30,951 bases of DNA. Origin: a virus. Position 1 is the first letter of the stretch. Each line of letters starts with the position of its first letter. The stretch spans positions 1 to 30,951 of the IMG/VR virus record IMGVR_UViG_3300037509_000067. One strand, given 5' to 3'. The position numbers and the translations under genes are program-made. The notes under the pieces were generated by a model. It did no database searches and had not been told where the DNA came from. It saw only the letters and a list, made by a program, of their open reading frames with translations. Shown in pieces: positions 16,679 to 24,293 of this stretch.

Positions 16679-16691
16679 GGACTTGACCCCT

Positions 16692-16946
16692 CTAGGCTGA
16701 TGCAACAGGTTCACTAGGTTCGATATCTTGACTTGCGTCAGCTAACCACTCTTGGAACTCCTCTGGGGTCATTGCGAGGTTACTGTCTTCCTGTAGAGCT
16801 TCCCGCACAGCTTCCGCCACTCTGTTCTCGTAGTCGGGAGGCTTCACCTCTCTTGTTCTATTAAATAGAATCCTGAGTTGATACAGTGGGTTTTTCATGG
16901 TTCCAATACCAACCCTACCTATCAAGGGTAATGGAGATTTACGCAT
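16692..16946 (-). CDS. Hypothetical protein
   Basis: 84 aa ORF; start uncertain. Confidence 0.55.
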   Translation of the reverse strand: MRKSPLPLIGRVGIGTMKNPLYQLRILFNRTREVKPPDYENRVAEAVREALQEDSNLAMTPEEFQEWLADASQDIEPSEPVASA

Positions 16947-16972
16947 GGCGTCATGGGTATTTTCCCTGAAAC

Positions 16973-16997
16973 AAAAAAACCCCGCTTGTGACGGGGT
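16973..16997 (-). terminator. Intrinsic terminator
   Basis: ACCCCG-loop-CGGGGTTTTTTT on the minus strand. Confidence 0.8.
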
Positions 16998-17031
16998 GGA
17001 TAGGTTCAGCAGGGGGAAGTCCTAAGCTGCA

Positions 17032-17060
17032 ACAGCCTGCTTTCTGCGATGAGCGATCGC
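17032..17060. repeat. 29-bp direct repeat of 18273-18301
   Basis: ACAGCCTGCTTTCTGCGATGAG(C/T)GATCGC, 28/29 identical. Confidence 0.85.
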
Positions 17061-17102
17061 CCTGTGACCGTGACAAGTAGCAAGGCGATCGCTTTTAGCT
17101 AG

Positions 17103-17429
17103 CTAATCAACAGACGGATGCCATTCCCACTGATACTCGTTTCCTTGAGCAACTTCTGCCCAGTAGTGAGCTGGAATATCAAACCATTGAAGAAGTAGCT
17201 GTCCTGCTATTCGCCGTTCTTGGTGGGCTTCTTTATTAAGTTCGGTCAGCTTTACGTAAGCGCCTGCCTGATCTTTCCATTCAGAAACCGTAGCTTTTGC
17301 GATTTCTAATTGCCCTGGAGCAACCAAGTAATAGTAAATTTCATTGGTAAATCCTCGCGGGGCGTATTCAACCAATGCTATGGGAGAAGTGGTTTCGTCT
17401 AACTTGAGTTGAGTTAATTGGGCGTTCAT
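17103..17429 (-). CDS. Hypothetical protein (cassette-3 cargo)
   Basis: 108 aa ORF. Confidence 0.75.
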   Translation of the reverse strand: MNAQLTQLKLDETTSPIALVEYAPRGFTNEIYYYLVAPGQLEIAKATVSEWKDQAGAYVKLTELNKEAHQERRIAGQLLLQWFDIPAHYWAEVAQGNEYQWEWHPSVD

Positions 17430-17501
17430 TGCTTCGGTGTCTTTTGTTGTTGGTTGAGTTAAATAGCGGGGTGATTACTTAGCAAGAGAATGATCGTGCT
17501 T

Positions 17502-17762
17502 TTAGGCAGCTGCGTGCTTGCAAACCTTCACAGTTAAGCGCCAATTAGACTCCTCTGACTCAGAGTCTTCCATTCCCCAGACATCATAAGTTTCGCGATC
17601 GTCATACAAATCTTTGTCAAGTTCTGAGTAGTTGACTTCGTAGCCAAGAGATTCTGCTTTCTCAACGGCACTCTTGAAATTGTCAACCTCTAGCAACGCG
17701 ATGTCTTGACGTTGTTCAGAGTAGGAGATGGCATCTTCGAGGGTTGTAAATGTTGTCGTCAT
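17502..17762 (-). CDS. Hypothetical strongly acidic protein (cassette-3 cargo)
   Basis: 86 aa; about 21 D/E versus 8 K/R; AAAGGA RBS. Confidence 0.8.
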   Translation of the reverse strand: MTTTFTTLEDAISYSEQRQDIALLEVDNFKSAVEKAESLGYEVNYSELDKDLYDDRETYDVWGMEDSESEESNWRLTVKVCKHAAA

Positions 17763-17796
17763 TACTTAGGTGTCCTTTACTTGTCTCTACCCTTTT

Positions 17797-17825
17797 AGTA
17801 TGTATGGTCTATACATACATGTCAA
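17797..17825 (-). promoter_or_regulatory. Sigma70-type promoter with variant operator
   Basis: TTGACA-N17-CATACT with GTATGT-N9-ACATAC at 17798-17818; the following AAAAGGGTAGAGA is identical to that after 1040. Confidence 0.85.
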
Positions 17826-18028
17826 GTATTACCCAAATATTCCTGAACTAGTTTATTGAGGATGGCATTGCGACTCATTCCAGGGAAATGAGATTCTAGT
17901 GCTGCTGTTACTGACGAGTCAAAGTACCCCTTCCAGACATCCTTCTTGGCTAGGTAATTTTGTGTTGCCTTGTCCCTCGCCTTTTTCCCTTTCTCGGTCT
18001 GCTCGTATTTTCTCTGCCTCGTGGTCAT
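17822..18028 (-). CDS. Small RHH regulator (RHH-3), distant paralog of RHH-1/2
   Basis: MTTRQRKYEQTEKGK...YL...VWKGYF...PGMSRNAILNKLVQEYL aligns with RHH-1/2. Confidence 0.72.
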   Translation of the reverse strand: MTTRQRKYEQTEKGKKARDKATQNYLAKKDVWKGYFDSSVTAALESHFPGMSRNAILNKLVQEYLGNT

Positions 18029-18036
18029 GTCTTTTT

Positions 18037-18057
18037 GTATGTATATTCCATACATAC
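18037..18057 (-). promoter_or_regulatory. Operator upstream of RHH-3
   Basis: GTATGT-N9-ACATAC, 8 nt before the ATG, overlapping TGtTACAGT. Confidence 0.75.
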
Positions 18058-18114
18058 TGTAACACAAGCAAGAGATGCGAAGATAATGAGGTTAGTGAGT
18101 GAGAGGGCAGAGCA

Positions 18115-18262
18115 ATGACAGCGACCAATGAGCAATGCGGTGCAACTCTAAGTTATGGCGATCGCGTCTCAATCCTCTACCCTCTACACCAATCACAAGG
18201 GAGAAACACGCACTCGCGACATCAAGCCAATCTCCCTGTGGTTTTGGGCGATCGAGTACCAC
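18115..18262 (+). pseudogene. WYL-like domain gene remnant, frameshifted and truncated
   Basis: Removing the 7-bp duplication CCTCTAC (18174-18187) gives VSILYTNHKGETRTRDIKPISLWF..IEYH. Confidence 0.65.
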
Positions 18263-18652
18263 CTAGACAGCGACAGCCTGCTTTCTGCGATGAGTGATCG
18301 CTTCTTCCATCGCAATCCGGCAAGCCACCTGCCGAGCCGCTACCCGCCCCTGTTCTTTGGCGTTGGCAGCTTGGCACACTGCAATCATGTCGCGGATTGA
18401 TTTGACTGTCTCGCTCTCAGTCCAGAAGCTTCTGGAGGTCAGGTAGATGGTTCTGCCACTTGTCAAGTAGACAGTGATTGCAACATCACCCCAGACGGTC
18501 ACCGCCCGGTCGATTTCCTTCCAGTTAATGCCTTCCTTGCCTGCATCCCAGAGGAGTGAGGCAAGCTCTTTCTTGTCGGAGCTAGTCAGAACGCTGTGGT
18601 CGGAAGGGAGAGAAGCGGTGCGAGTGCGGTTGAAGAAGTTGTTGAGTATCAT
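18263..18652 (-). CDS. Hypothetical protein
   Basis: 129 aa from ATG 18652; AGGACACAC leader resembles those of the cassette cargo genes. Confidence 0.7.
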   Translation of the reverse strand: MILNNFFNRTRTASLPSDHSVLTSSDKKELASLLWDAGKEGINWKEIDRAVTVWGDVAITVYLTSGRTIYLTSRSFWTESETVKSIRDMIAVCQAANAKEQGRVAARQVACRIAMEEAITHRRKQAVAV

Positions 18653-18789
18653 AGGTGTGTCCTGCGTGTTAGTGGGGCAACAGAGAGGCGGTTTGTTTGT
18701 TCGGCTCACCGCCTCTCTTGCTTCTCTAATTATGTTCCGTTAGCAAGGACAAGCACTTCAGTGATACTACGGGACTTTTGATATAGTGC

Positions 18790-19002
18790 TTATTTTTGTT
18801 TTCTAGACCATCTCCTGTAGTGAGTCGAGCAAAGCCCTAAAGCGTGATGAGGCTTGTCGCACTCGGAACAGGTAGCGCGTTCGGTGGAACGGCGGCAATC
18901 GCCCTGCCACTTCTTCCCGCAATTCCTGCACCAGTACCGTTGCACCCCTCCCTGTGTTCCATCTTTAACAACCTTGCCCTGTGAGCAATGAATACAGTCC
19001 AT
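18790..19002 (-). CDS. IS1 InsA-like zinc ribbon fused to a second Cys/His finger
   Basis: CIHC...KDG...GVQRYWCRNC then CSEC...GLCSTHY; no transposase catalytic domain. Confidence 0.7.
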   Translation of the reverse strand: MDCIHCSQGKVVKDGTQGGVQRYWCRNCGKKWQGDCRRSTERATCSECDKPHHALGLCSTHYRRWSRKQK

Positions 19003-19107
19003 GACTTCCTCCTTAAGTACCGAGTTATGACTCTATCTTATCCTTGCTAGGGAGACATAAAAAGCCCCTCTAGGTGGAGGGGAGTGTCCGAAAACACGGG
19101 ATTATAC

Positions 19108-19518
19108 TTAGCGGGTCGGTTTTGTAGCGTGAAACTCTGATTCTTTCGTTGGGTCTCCGAAAACACCGGGAAAATATAGTTCAAGCGGAAATTGATGATA
19201 GCCTCTAACTTCAATTAGCTGGATGTGCGGATAGTCGGCAAGGAAGAGCTTTTTCTTGAGTTGCCAGACTGGAGTCGGCATTCCCTTTGCTTCGACTACT
19301 ACCAACGCCCCATTTGGTAATTCACAGAGAAAATCCGCCTTGTACTTCGCTACAGTTTAACCAGAAGGAGAGTAGAGGTTGAACGGGTGTTGCAGGGAGA
19401 TGTTGGCGATCGCTCCCCTATCGTGAAGTCGCTTGAGGTCTAGGTAGGTATTCGCCTCTAACCCGGAGTCAAACCTAAAGCCGTCCACCTTAGTCCTGAT
19501 GGCGTTATACTTGGTCAA
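19108..19518 (-). pseudogene. DUF1064 family (PD-(D/E)XK-like) gene with a premature stop
   Basis: KYNAIRTKVDGFRFDS..EA..Y...LQHPF...G*TVAKYKADF...VVEAKG..TPVWQLKKKLF; TAA at 19357-19359. Confidence 0.85.
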
Positions 19519-19724
19519 TCGATTAGCTCCCAATCTGGCTCAGAGAGTTTTAGCGCCCAAGTCTCACCAGTTTGGTCGGATCGAGCCATCCATCCGGAAT
19601 CAGGGAACAGGGGGCAAATAATAGTTCCCGTATGTTCTATTTGTTCACTTTTAGGGTGGCTTAGCCCAGTCACAAAGCGAACCTTGGATTTTGGTCTAGC
19701 TTGCAAATTACGATCTTTGCTCAT
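19515..19724 (-). CDS. Hypothetical protein
   Basis: 69 aa; GGAG RBS; stop overlaps the next TTG start. Confidence 0.6.
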   Translation of the reverse strand: MSKDRNLQARPKSKVRFVTGLSHPKSEQIEHTGTIICPLFPDSGWMARSDQTGETWALKLSEPDWELID

Positions 19725-19823
19725 AATTGATTCTCCAGATAACAGACTGCCCACCACCGAGCCGCCATCAGCTGATCGTAGAGCGGGTTGAGCTTGCACA
19801 GGGGCGGGATGTGGGATAGTAGC

Positions 19824-20018
19824 TTAGCGACTACGTGTTTCATTATTAACCTCCATCCAAATGCTGCTAGCGTCAATACGGTATTGGTCTTCTGGACTTC
19901 TACCTAGCTTTGGTTTCCCTGCGTCGTCCTTGACGATAATATTGGCGCACTCACAGGCTAGCTTTGCGGGGACGTTATGAGAAACGAGGGCTTTTTGGCA
20001 GGCTTGTTTTAGACTCAT
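19824..20018 (-). CDS. Small hypothetical protein, probable paralog of 20063-20287
   Basis: LVSHNVPAKLACECANII versus LESKGIPVDKAAPAASIL; AAGGAG RBS. Confidence 0.65.
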   Translation of the reverse strand: MSLKQACQKALVSHNVPAKLACECANIIVKDDAGKPKLGRSPEDQYRIDASSIWMEVNNETRSR

Positions 20019-20062
20019 TGGCTTTCTCCTTTGGCTTGCTGAATCCTTACTTAAAGCAGCTT

Positions 20063-20287
20063 TTAACGAGCAGTTGCTTTTATGTAGATAGTCGTCAAAA
20101 TCAAAGCCAATCCAAGTCCGGCAAGAAGCCCTGTCGGAGGTGGATTGTTTAGCAAATAGTCAACCGGATGAACACTAGGTCGAGTGGTATCCCTGGTCTC
20201 TCTAGCCAGTATGCTGGCTGCTGGGGCGGCTTTATCGACTGGGATGCCTTTGGATTCTAGATGTGATTGAATTTCTCTTGCTTGCAT
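20063..20287 (-). CDS. Small protein with C-terminal TM segment
   Basis: LLAGLGLALILTTIYI. Confidence 0.65.
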   Translation of the reverse strand: MQAREIQSHLESKGIPVDKAAPAASILARETRDTTRPSVHPVDYLLNNPPPTGLLAGLGLALILTTIYIKATAR

Positions 20288-20616
20288 TTTTGTAGTCCCT
20301 TTAATTCATTAAAACCTTGTTGTAGTCGGGCTTTCCATTCAGGTGTATTGTGGCTCTTCCAGAGGGGGTTGCCTTTGTGTTTAATCCAGTTAACAGGGGA
20401 ATGGCAGAGCTTGTCGCAGGTGCCGCACACAGGATAGACGTTTTTCCCGGCTTTGTCGTTTTTCCAGAGGTACTCGGTATGGTGCGCCGTGGTAGATGGT
20501 CGAACCTTACAACAACAGCAGATACCCCCAGTTGCCCTGTGTGCCGCCTTCCGTATCTCTGCCCAGTTAGGCGGGTAGCGGACATCCCAGTTGATATGGT
20601 CGTAGTAATGACCCAT
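20257..20616 (-). CDS. HNH-like endonuclease
   Basis: YPPNW..IRK...CCCC...AHHTEY...YPVCGTC; TGATG coupling to the ATPase gene. Confidence 0.7.
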   Translation of the reverse strand: MGHYYDHINWDVRYPPNWAEIRKAAHRATGGICCCCKVRPSTTAHHTEYLWKNDKAGKNVYPVCGTCDKLCHSPVNWIKHKGNPLWKSHNTPEWKARLQQGFNELKGLQKCKQEKFNHI

Positions 20617-22055
20617 CAGCCCAGCCCCAGTCCCTTAAGAACAGCCGAAAGCTGGCTTGCGGTTAGAGTTTTGCCACTTAGCTCTTCCCATTGAGCTTTA
20701 ACCTGTTCAGGCGAGGGTAACTCATCAAGAGACTGCATCCACTCCATCATCTCTTCTTCAATCTGAGACAGGGGCTTGACAGGCTTATTCAGGACAACTG
20801 TTTCCACTTCCTTGTCTTGTGGCTCAACTTCAATCTGCTTTCTGCTATCCCGGTCATAGCCAGAGGGATTAGGCAGAACAGGCATGGGAAACCACTGGTT
20901 CAAGCCGCCGTGGAAGATAGCCCGACCAATCTCGGATTGCTGGCAAATGCCCTTAATATCATCACTGTTGAGCTTCTTGTCGGAAGGGATAAAGTCTGCT
21001 TTCTGGAGCGACTGAGATGCAGGCAGCTGCTTGATGCTGATGATGGCAATCGGGGTGAGTTGGCTTTTGGTGCCACCGTCCATCCCGGTTCCCGTGTTAT
21101 GAGCATTCTGCCCAATCCCCCAAATCGTGATACCCTCTGAATCTCCCGACGCGGCGTAGGTACTGATTTTCTCTTCCAGCCAATCAACAGCCTTCTTCCC
21201 GATACTGTTTAGTTTTTTCATGCAAGCTGTCAGCTCGTCAATCACTAACAGCTTGCGTTGCCCCTTGGCGTCGAAGGCTTCGTAATCCTCCAAACATTGT
21301 TCTAGCCATGCCCAAACCTCTTCTGCTGAGCTTCTTACCACGCCCTTGGGCAATCGATAACAGTAGTTCACTCGCCCTTTGAAGTAGCCCGTCTCCTTTA
21401 AATCATTCTTGGGGTCAACATAGAAGATAGTGGTGTCACCCCTGGCTTGGACGTGCCCCAGTGCGTTAGATACGAACAATCCCTTGCCTGAACCAGGGAC
21501 TCCCACGATCAGGGTGTTCTTCATGTCCTCTGCTAACGCTCGAACTAAGTCGGGAACCTCTTGCTCAAACGTAACAAAATCTGTGCTGGCGTTAGGACTA
21601 GTGGCGACCGGCTGTTCAACCTGTTCTGCTGTTAAATCCTGCAATGGTGGCATATTAGCCTCAACACCAACACGTCTAGCCCAGTGCGACCATTCCCACG
21701 GGTTTGACTTGTTGATAATCAGCTCAACCTTGCGGGTGGCTCCACTAACCTCAGCCGCAAGTTGATACACCTCCTCTTCTTCCTTCAACTGATACTTCAT
21801 GGAGTCCCATTGCACCTTCTCTAGTGCGTTGTCTACCTTTCGGACTTTCTCGGAAACTTTGCAAATGACTGAGTGACCAGCTAGCCCAGCCATCCCCATC
21901 GTTGTGAGCATGGCTTTAGATACTTTGTCGAGCGACCCAGCAAACAATAGGGCACTACCAAATCCAATAACAGCGCCACTCAATAGCATGGCATCGTATG
22001 CGTTGGCTATAAGTCGAGATGGCTTTAAGGCGGCTTTTTCGGTCTGGAACAGCAT
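20616..22055 (-). CDS. Membrane-anchored FtsK/HerA/coupling-protein superfamily P-loop ATPase
   Basis: Two N-terminal TMs, Walker A GVPGSGKG, FYVDPK, Walker B LLVIDE, IWGIGQ motif, small helical C-terminal domain. Confidence 0.82.
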   Translation of the reverse strand: MLFQTEKAALKPSRLIANAYDAMLLSGAVIGFGSALLFAGSLDKVSKAMLTTMGMAGLAGHSVICKVSEKVRKVDNALEKVQWDSMKYQLKEEEEVYQLAAEVSGATRKVELIINKSNPWEWSHWARRVGVEANMPPLQDLTAEQVEQPVATSPNASTDFVTFEQEVPDLVRALAEDMKNTLIVGVPGSGKGLFVSNALGHVQARGDTTIFYVDPKNDLKETGYFKGRVNYCYRLPKGVVRSSAEEVWAWLEQCLEDYEAFDAKGQRKLLVIDELTACMKKLNSIGKKAVDWLEEKISTYAASGDSEGITIWGIGQNAHNTGTGMDGGTKSQLTPIAIISIKQLPASQSLQKADFIPSDKKLNSDDIKGICQQSEIGRAIFHGGLNQWFPMPVLPNPSGYDRDSRKQIEVEPQDKEVETVVLNKPVKPLSQIEEEMMEWMQSLDELPSPEQVKAQWEELSGKTLTASQLSAVLKGLGLG

Positions 22056-22056
22056 T

Positions 22057-22335
22057 TTAGTCAGCCTCCTCGTCTAGTAGAAATAGCCCGTCATCACTTG
22101 AGGTTGCGTGCCAGCAATAGCCATTTTCTTTTGGAAACGCCAAATGAACCACATCAATCAATATTGAGAACGCATCTCCAGGGGATTCTGCGGATACGCA
22201 AACCGGACGAGTGTCCGATTCTCCATTTTTTATGGCTGATATATATCCGAAGTATTTGTATGTCATGCATTTAACAGAACTCAGGCGATCGCTCGTCACT
22301 GCCATCGAGCTGGGGGCTTGTACCCGCGATCGCAT
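22057..22335 (-). CDS. Hypothetical protein
   Basis: 92 aa in operon; start uncertain. Confidence 0.55.
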   Translation of the reverse strand: MRSRVQAPSSMAVTSDRLSSVKCMTYKYFGYISAIKNGESDTRPVCVSAESPGDAFSILIDVVHLAFPKENGYCWHATSSDDGLFLLDEEAD

Positions 22336-22343
22336 TTTTTTTA

Positions 22344-22562
22344 TTAGTCAGTGTCCCTAATGCCCTCTATCTGAAAATCGAGATCATCCCAGTGATTCCG
22401 CGCTATTTCAATCACTCGAAAAACCTCTTCTGTCCACCCTTTGTCCTTCCCTAATTCATTCGCTGTTGCTTGACAAATCCTTGATGCCACTACAGGATCG
22501 GAAATTCCGATTAGTCGTCCCTTGTAAATCTGTAGATATTCCACAATCAAATCCCAGTTCAT
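22344..22562 (-). CDS. Hypothetical protein
   Basis: 72 aa; ATGA overlap with the upstream gene. Confidence 0.65.
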   Translation of the reverse strand: MNWDLIVEYLQIYKGRLIGISDPVVASRICQATANELGKDKGWTEEVFRVIEIARNHWDDLDFQIEGIRDTD

Positions 22563-22759
22563 TTCAATACCATCCATTCCTTGAGTACCGTCTCAACACA
22601 CGCTGTAACACTTGTCCGCCTAATCACTTCTTCCGATGTAGGATGCTTGGCGACAATGCAACCCTCTTCCTCGTTCTTCACTATCTCAATACCCACACTA
22701 GAAAGCAGGCGACTTGCTACAGAAATTGTTAACCCATTCCATCCAGCCATTTTTACCAC
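22559..22759 (-). CDS. Hypothetical protein
   Basis: 66 aa, tightly packed in operon. Confidence 0.6.
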   Translation of the reverse strand: MVKMAGWNGLTISVASRLLSSVGIEIVKNEEEGCIVAKHPTSEEVIRRTSVTACVETVLKEWMVLK

Positions 22760-23025
22760 CCCACGTAAATGCCAACAAATACAAGGAAAAGTAACCCAAT
22801 TGCAACCCTAATATGTGGGGTAACAATATCAATTAAATCGCAATAATTTTCTTGCATTCTTGTCTTAGCTCTATCATCAAGAGCGTCAAGCCCTATCCAA
22901 AGAAAGCCACCCAAAATAACAATCAGGCAACCAACCCGAATCAAAGGGAAGGATGTTGCTAACTGAGAGAGCCACCAACCAGAAGCGAGTAGGGCGGCAA
23001 TTACTGAAAATTGAAAACGTGTCAT
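22753..23025 (-). CDS. Three-TM membrane protein
   Basis: Three hydrophobic segments in 90 aa. Confidence 0.7.
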   Translation of the reverse strand: MTRFQFSVIAALLASGWWLSQLATSFPLIRVGCLIVILGGFLWIGLDALDDRAKTRMQENYCDLIDIVTPHIRVAIGLLFLVFVGIYVGW

Positions 23026-23034
23026 GGTTTTTCC

Positions 23035-23481
23035 CTATAGTGCGTCAAGATGAGATTGCCTAGCATAGGCAACGTGATTGCCCTCATTACCTGACTGGAT
23101 AAGCCCTTGCTGATACCTAGAATCCAAGTGGTTGCGACTATGGCGATCCATGATCTGCTGGTACCTAGTTTCCCGTTGAGCCATGCCTTCATCCAGTTGA
23201 ATGCTAGCCTCCAAGACTTCCAGCCCTGCGTCAACCTGCTCAAGCTTCGCCTTTGCTAAGTCCTTCAAAAATTGTGCGTTCGCTTTCATTGCATCTGTTA
23301 TCTTTCTTGTGTTCATTACAGACTGAGGGGAAGCGCTGCTGGGCATTTTACCAGAGCGCCTCATCACTTTCTGTACATAACCTTGAGCCTTGAAAGTGTT
23401 CTGAATGTCCACTCCAGACGCCAGTCCTGAACCGTGAGAAATGCCACTTGAATTGAACTTAATCATTCGACCTAAAACCAT
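23035..23481 (-). CDS. Coiled-coil hypothetical protein
   Basis: 148 aa, long helical stretch; TAATG coupling. Confidence 0.7.
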   Translation of the reverse strand: MVLGRMIKFNSSGISHGSGLASGVDIQNTFKAQGYVQKVMRRSGKMPSSASPQSVMNTRKITDAMKANAQFLKDLAKAKLEQVDAGLEVLEASIQLDEGMAQRETRYQQIMDRHSRNHLDSRYQQGLIQSGNEGNHVAYARQSHLDAL

Positions 23482-23630
23482 TACCGCGCTCCTCTGCTTT
23501 GTACTTCCACTGCTACTTGCTGTCCGCTGCTATTAAGACTTGCCGTTTTTGCCATGCTTCCAGCGTTATAACCGAACATTAGCGCCCCAAGAAACATGAA
23601 CATGGCAGCTAAGTAGTCTTTATTTGGCAT
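23481..23630 (-). CDS. Small single-TM protein
   Basis: MPNKDYLAAMFMFLGALMFGY, 49 aa. Confidence 0.6.
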   Translation of the reverse strand: MPNKDYLAAMFMFLGALMFGYNAGSMAKTASLNSSGQQVAVEVQSRGAR

Positions 23631-23940
23631 GATAGATTTCTTCTGGATATTGATGAACTGCTGTAGAAATGAGCCTTGAGACAGTAAAAGTGCAGCCGGA
23701 CACAACGACTAGAACAAAGGCAATCGCTGTGCAGTGCATCATCAACTCGGAAGTGAACTTAATCTCCCGAATCTTCTGGGTTGCCGACCGCTGCTCTCTT
23801 GCCTGCGTTGCTACCTGATTGATGAGTGCCTCGGCTTCCCATTCACTCAATCCCTGAGCATCAAACTTGACCTCACCCTCTGGAGTAATACTGAATCTGA
23901 CTTTGTGGGGCGTTGCCTCCTTCACTTCGTAGTTGTCCAT
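23620..23940 (-). CDS. Single-TM protein, paralog of 23873-24181
   Basis: MDNY..KE.T...V..SI...G.V.FDAQGLS; C-terminal TM. Confidence 0.72.
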   Translation of the reverse strand: MDNYEVKEATPHKVRFSITPEGEVKFDAQGLSEWEAEALINQVATQAREQRSATQKIREIKFTSELMMHCTAIAFVLVVVSGCTFTVSRLISTAVHQYPEEIYHAK

Positions 23941-24181
23941 AAATACTTACTCCACAAACCAGAAAAAGCAGCAATTGCCTAAAGGCAATCAGTCTTATAA
24001 GCTGAGACTCCTTGTTCTGCTGTCGAACCTGGGCAGCAGCATTAATGACTTCTTCGTGTAACTTCGCTAAGTCGTAATCACTTAGCCCATTGGCGTCAAA
24101 GTGTATCGATCGTCCGTTGTTGTAAATCGATGTTTTGACTACGGGGTGAGTTCTCTCCTGTATCTCGCTGTAGCTGTCCAT
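23873..24181 (-). CDS. Single-TM protein, paralog of 23620-23940
   Basis: MDSY..QE.T...V..SI...G..I.FDANGLS; TM then YGQL tail. Confidence 0.72.
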   Translation of the reverse strand: MDSYSEIQERTHPVVKTSIYNNGRSIHFDANGLSDYDLAKLHEEVINAAAQVRQQNKESQLIRLIAFRQLLLFLVCGVSIYGQLRSEGGNAPQSQIQYYSRG

Positions 24182-24293
24182 ATGCAATAGCTCCAAGTGT
24201 TAGCGACATCAAAACTAGATAGCCAGTACCTATCCAGACAAGAGTGCTATTAGGCTTCAGCTGTGAAACTAATGCCGAATGCAGCTCCAGCAT
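24096..24293 (-). CDS. Small single-TM protein (or frameshift extension of 24250-24768)
   Basis: GAGGTGA SD 5 nt before the ATG; TM then YGQL...G.N.P.SQ tail shared with 23873-24181. Confidence 0.6.
   Translation of the reverse strand: MLELHSALVSQLKPNSTLVWIGTGYLVLMSLTLGAIAYGQLQRDTGENSPRSQNIDLQQRTIDTL

Noticed and set aside
18029-18067. Upstream start for RHH-3
   Set aside because: Overlaps the operator; paralog alignment starts at MTTRQ (18028).
18790-19002. Complete IS1 element
   Set aside because: No InsB/DDE domain, no A6C frameshift site, no target duplication.
20616-22055. Terminase large subunit
   Set aside because: N-terminal TM segments, DPK and Q motifs and no RNase H-like nuclease domain point to the FtsK/HerA superfamily.
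20350-22811. Plus-strand ORFs opposite the ATPase operon
   Set aside because: Antisense shadows of tightly coupled minus-strand genes, with no motifs.
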